Assembly (NCBI GenBank): GCA_009778175.1
Contig: WRKH01000144.1
Span: 1 to 5,971 of the forward strand
Reading direction: 5' to 3'
DNA: 5,971 bases
DNA from: Turicibacter sp.
Lineage (GTDB): Bacteria; Bacillota; Clostridia; Lachnospirales; WQUN01
The position numbers and the translations under genes are program-made. Numbering within the stretch: position 1 is the first letter of the stretch; each line of letters opens with the position of its first letter. Below, piece after piece: positions 5,249 through 5,971 of the stretch. The notes beneath the pieces are model-generated. The model worked only from the letters and a program-made list of their open reading frames with translations, did not search any database and was not told where the DNA came from.

Positions 5249-5971
5249 GTGAAGAGGCTGATAATCGTAGTATTTGTAATAGCCGTGCTTGGCTGTGTCG
5301 GGGTTTTTATATCGAACGGTATAACAAACACGTTGCTGCTTAATATGGGAGTTACTGCCGCAATAGGGGTCTATCTGTATTTTTATGAATATCTGATAAA
5401 AATCAGGTGGATTAACATAGGCATTGCGGTATTCGCATCGTGTTATGCACTGATTGGGATTTTTGCAATGGTGTATGGCAGAAACAACACAACTACCTTT
5501 GAAGAAGAAGTGGCTATTGTTTTGGGGTCGAGGATAAATGGCACGGAGCCGGCGGATTCCTTACGAAACCGATTGAATATGGCAATTTATTTCCATTTTA
5601 GAAACCCCGATGCACTTATCATTGTATCGGGGGGATTGGGGCGGAACGAAATAATAACAGAAGCCTTAGTGATGGAACAATTTTTGAAAAATGCGGGGGT
5701 ATCGCCCTATGTTATTATCCAAGAAGATGCCTCAAATTCTACCTTTCAAAATATGCAGCTTTCTATGCAGATAATAGAAAATTTATTCGATTATCCCCCT
5801 TCGGCGGTGGTAATAACGAACGATTTTCACATTTACAGAGGTGTACGTTTTGCGTACATTGCGGGGCTTTCTGCAACTTCTCTATACGCTCCCACCCCTC
5901 TACACCAATTCTTCCCCTCACTCTTCCGAGAAGTAGCCGCCATCCTAAAAATGTGGATTTTCGGTACTTAA
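5249..5971 (+). CDS. DUF218 (YdcF/ElyC/SanA family) membrane protein
   Basis: 240-aa ORF with a GTG start. GGGAGG at 5235..5240 lies 8 nt upstream, and an in-frame TGA at 5228..5230 closes the frame. Three N-terminal hydrophobic helices are followed by the DUF218 pattern: IVLGSRINGTEP..LRNRL, LIIVSGGLG, ITEALVMEQFL, QEDASNSTFQNM and VVITNDFHIYRG. The TAA stop is the last three bases of the window (5969..5971). Confidence 0.85.
   Translation: MKRLIIVVFVIAVLGCVGVFISNGITNTLLLNMGVTAAIGVYLYFYEYLIKIRWINIGIAVFASCYALIGIFAMVYGRNNTTTFEEEVAIVLGSRINGTEPADSLRNRLNMAIYFHFRNPDALIIVSGGLGRNEIITEALVMEQFLKNAGVSPYVIIQEDASNSTFQNMQLSMQIIENLFDYPPSAVVITNDFHIYRGVRFAYIAGLSATSLYAPTPLHQFFPSLFREVAAILKMWIFGT

Noticed and set aside
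5227-5343. A 38-aa ORF (MKTGGILCEEADNRSICNSRAWLCRGFYIERYNKHVAA) starting at the ATG in the metG/DUF218 intergenic region
   Set aside because: It has no Shine-Dalgarno upstream and is out of frame with, and overlapping, the Shine-Dalgarno-led GTG start of the DUF218 gene. The GGGAGG is positioned for the GTG at 5249, not for this ATG.
1-5971. Scan for CRISPR repeats, tRNA or rRNA, IS-element ends or terminal inverted repeats, integrase or transposase genes, toxin-antitoxin pairs and defence-system signatures
   Set aside because: None were found by eye. The only repeated sequence above chance is the intragenic duplication in the amidase gene. All long ORFs are accounted for by recognisable housekeeping or envelope families, except the edge-truncated AAA-ATPase-like gene.

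Overview
The window holds five protein-coding genes in two divergent blocks and looks like a bacterial chromosomal (housekeeping and envelope) region. I saw no tRNA, rRNA, CRISPR array or recognisable mobile element. Minus strand, right to left: a COG2509-type FAD-dependent oxidoreductase (382..1791), then 41 nt downstream the N-terminal 113 codons of an AAA-ATPase-like (PF09820-type) protein (1..340). That second CDS runs off the left edge and is missing from the supplied ORF track. Plus strand: a membrane-anchored Amidase_3 N-acetylmuramoyl-L-alanine amidase with two tandem PepSY-like repeats (1962..3167); an atypical E. coli-type methionyl-tRNA synthetase starting at TTG (3239..5212); and a three-TM DUF218/YdcF-family envelope protein starting at GTG (5249..5971). 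The 170-nt divergent intergenic region (1792..1961) carries two near-consensus sigma70-type promoters back to back. The minus-strand promoter places the predicted transcription start on the A of the FAD gene ATG, which suggests a leaderless mRNA. A third strong promoter lies just upstream of the MetRS gene. The most unusual object is the MetRS. HIGH is intact and the anticodon-recognition residues look conserved, but the KMSKS loop reads KASSS and there is a roughly 64-aa insertion in the catalytic core. A hand alignment also places changes at two methionine-sulfur-contacting positions, and the C-terminal tRNA-binding appendix is absent. I found no evidence for a multi-gene novel system such as a defence island or biosynthetic cluster. 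All family assignments come from motif recognition by eye, not database searches. Stop codons TGA, TAG and TAA are all used, so this is the standard code. The taxon cannot be determined; Shine-Dalgarno usage argues against Bacteroidota.
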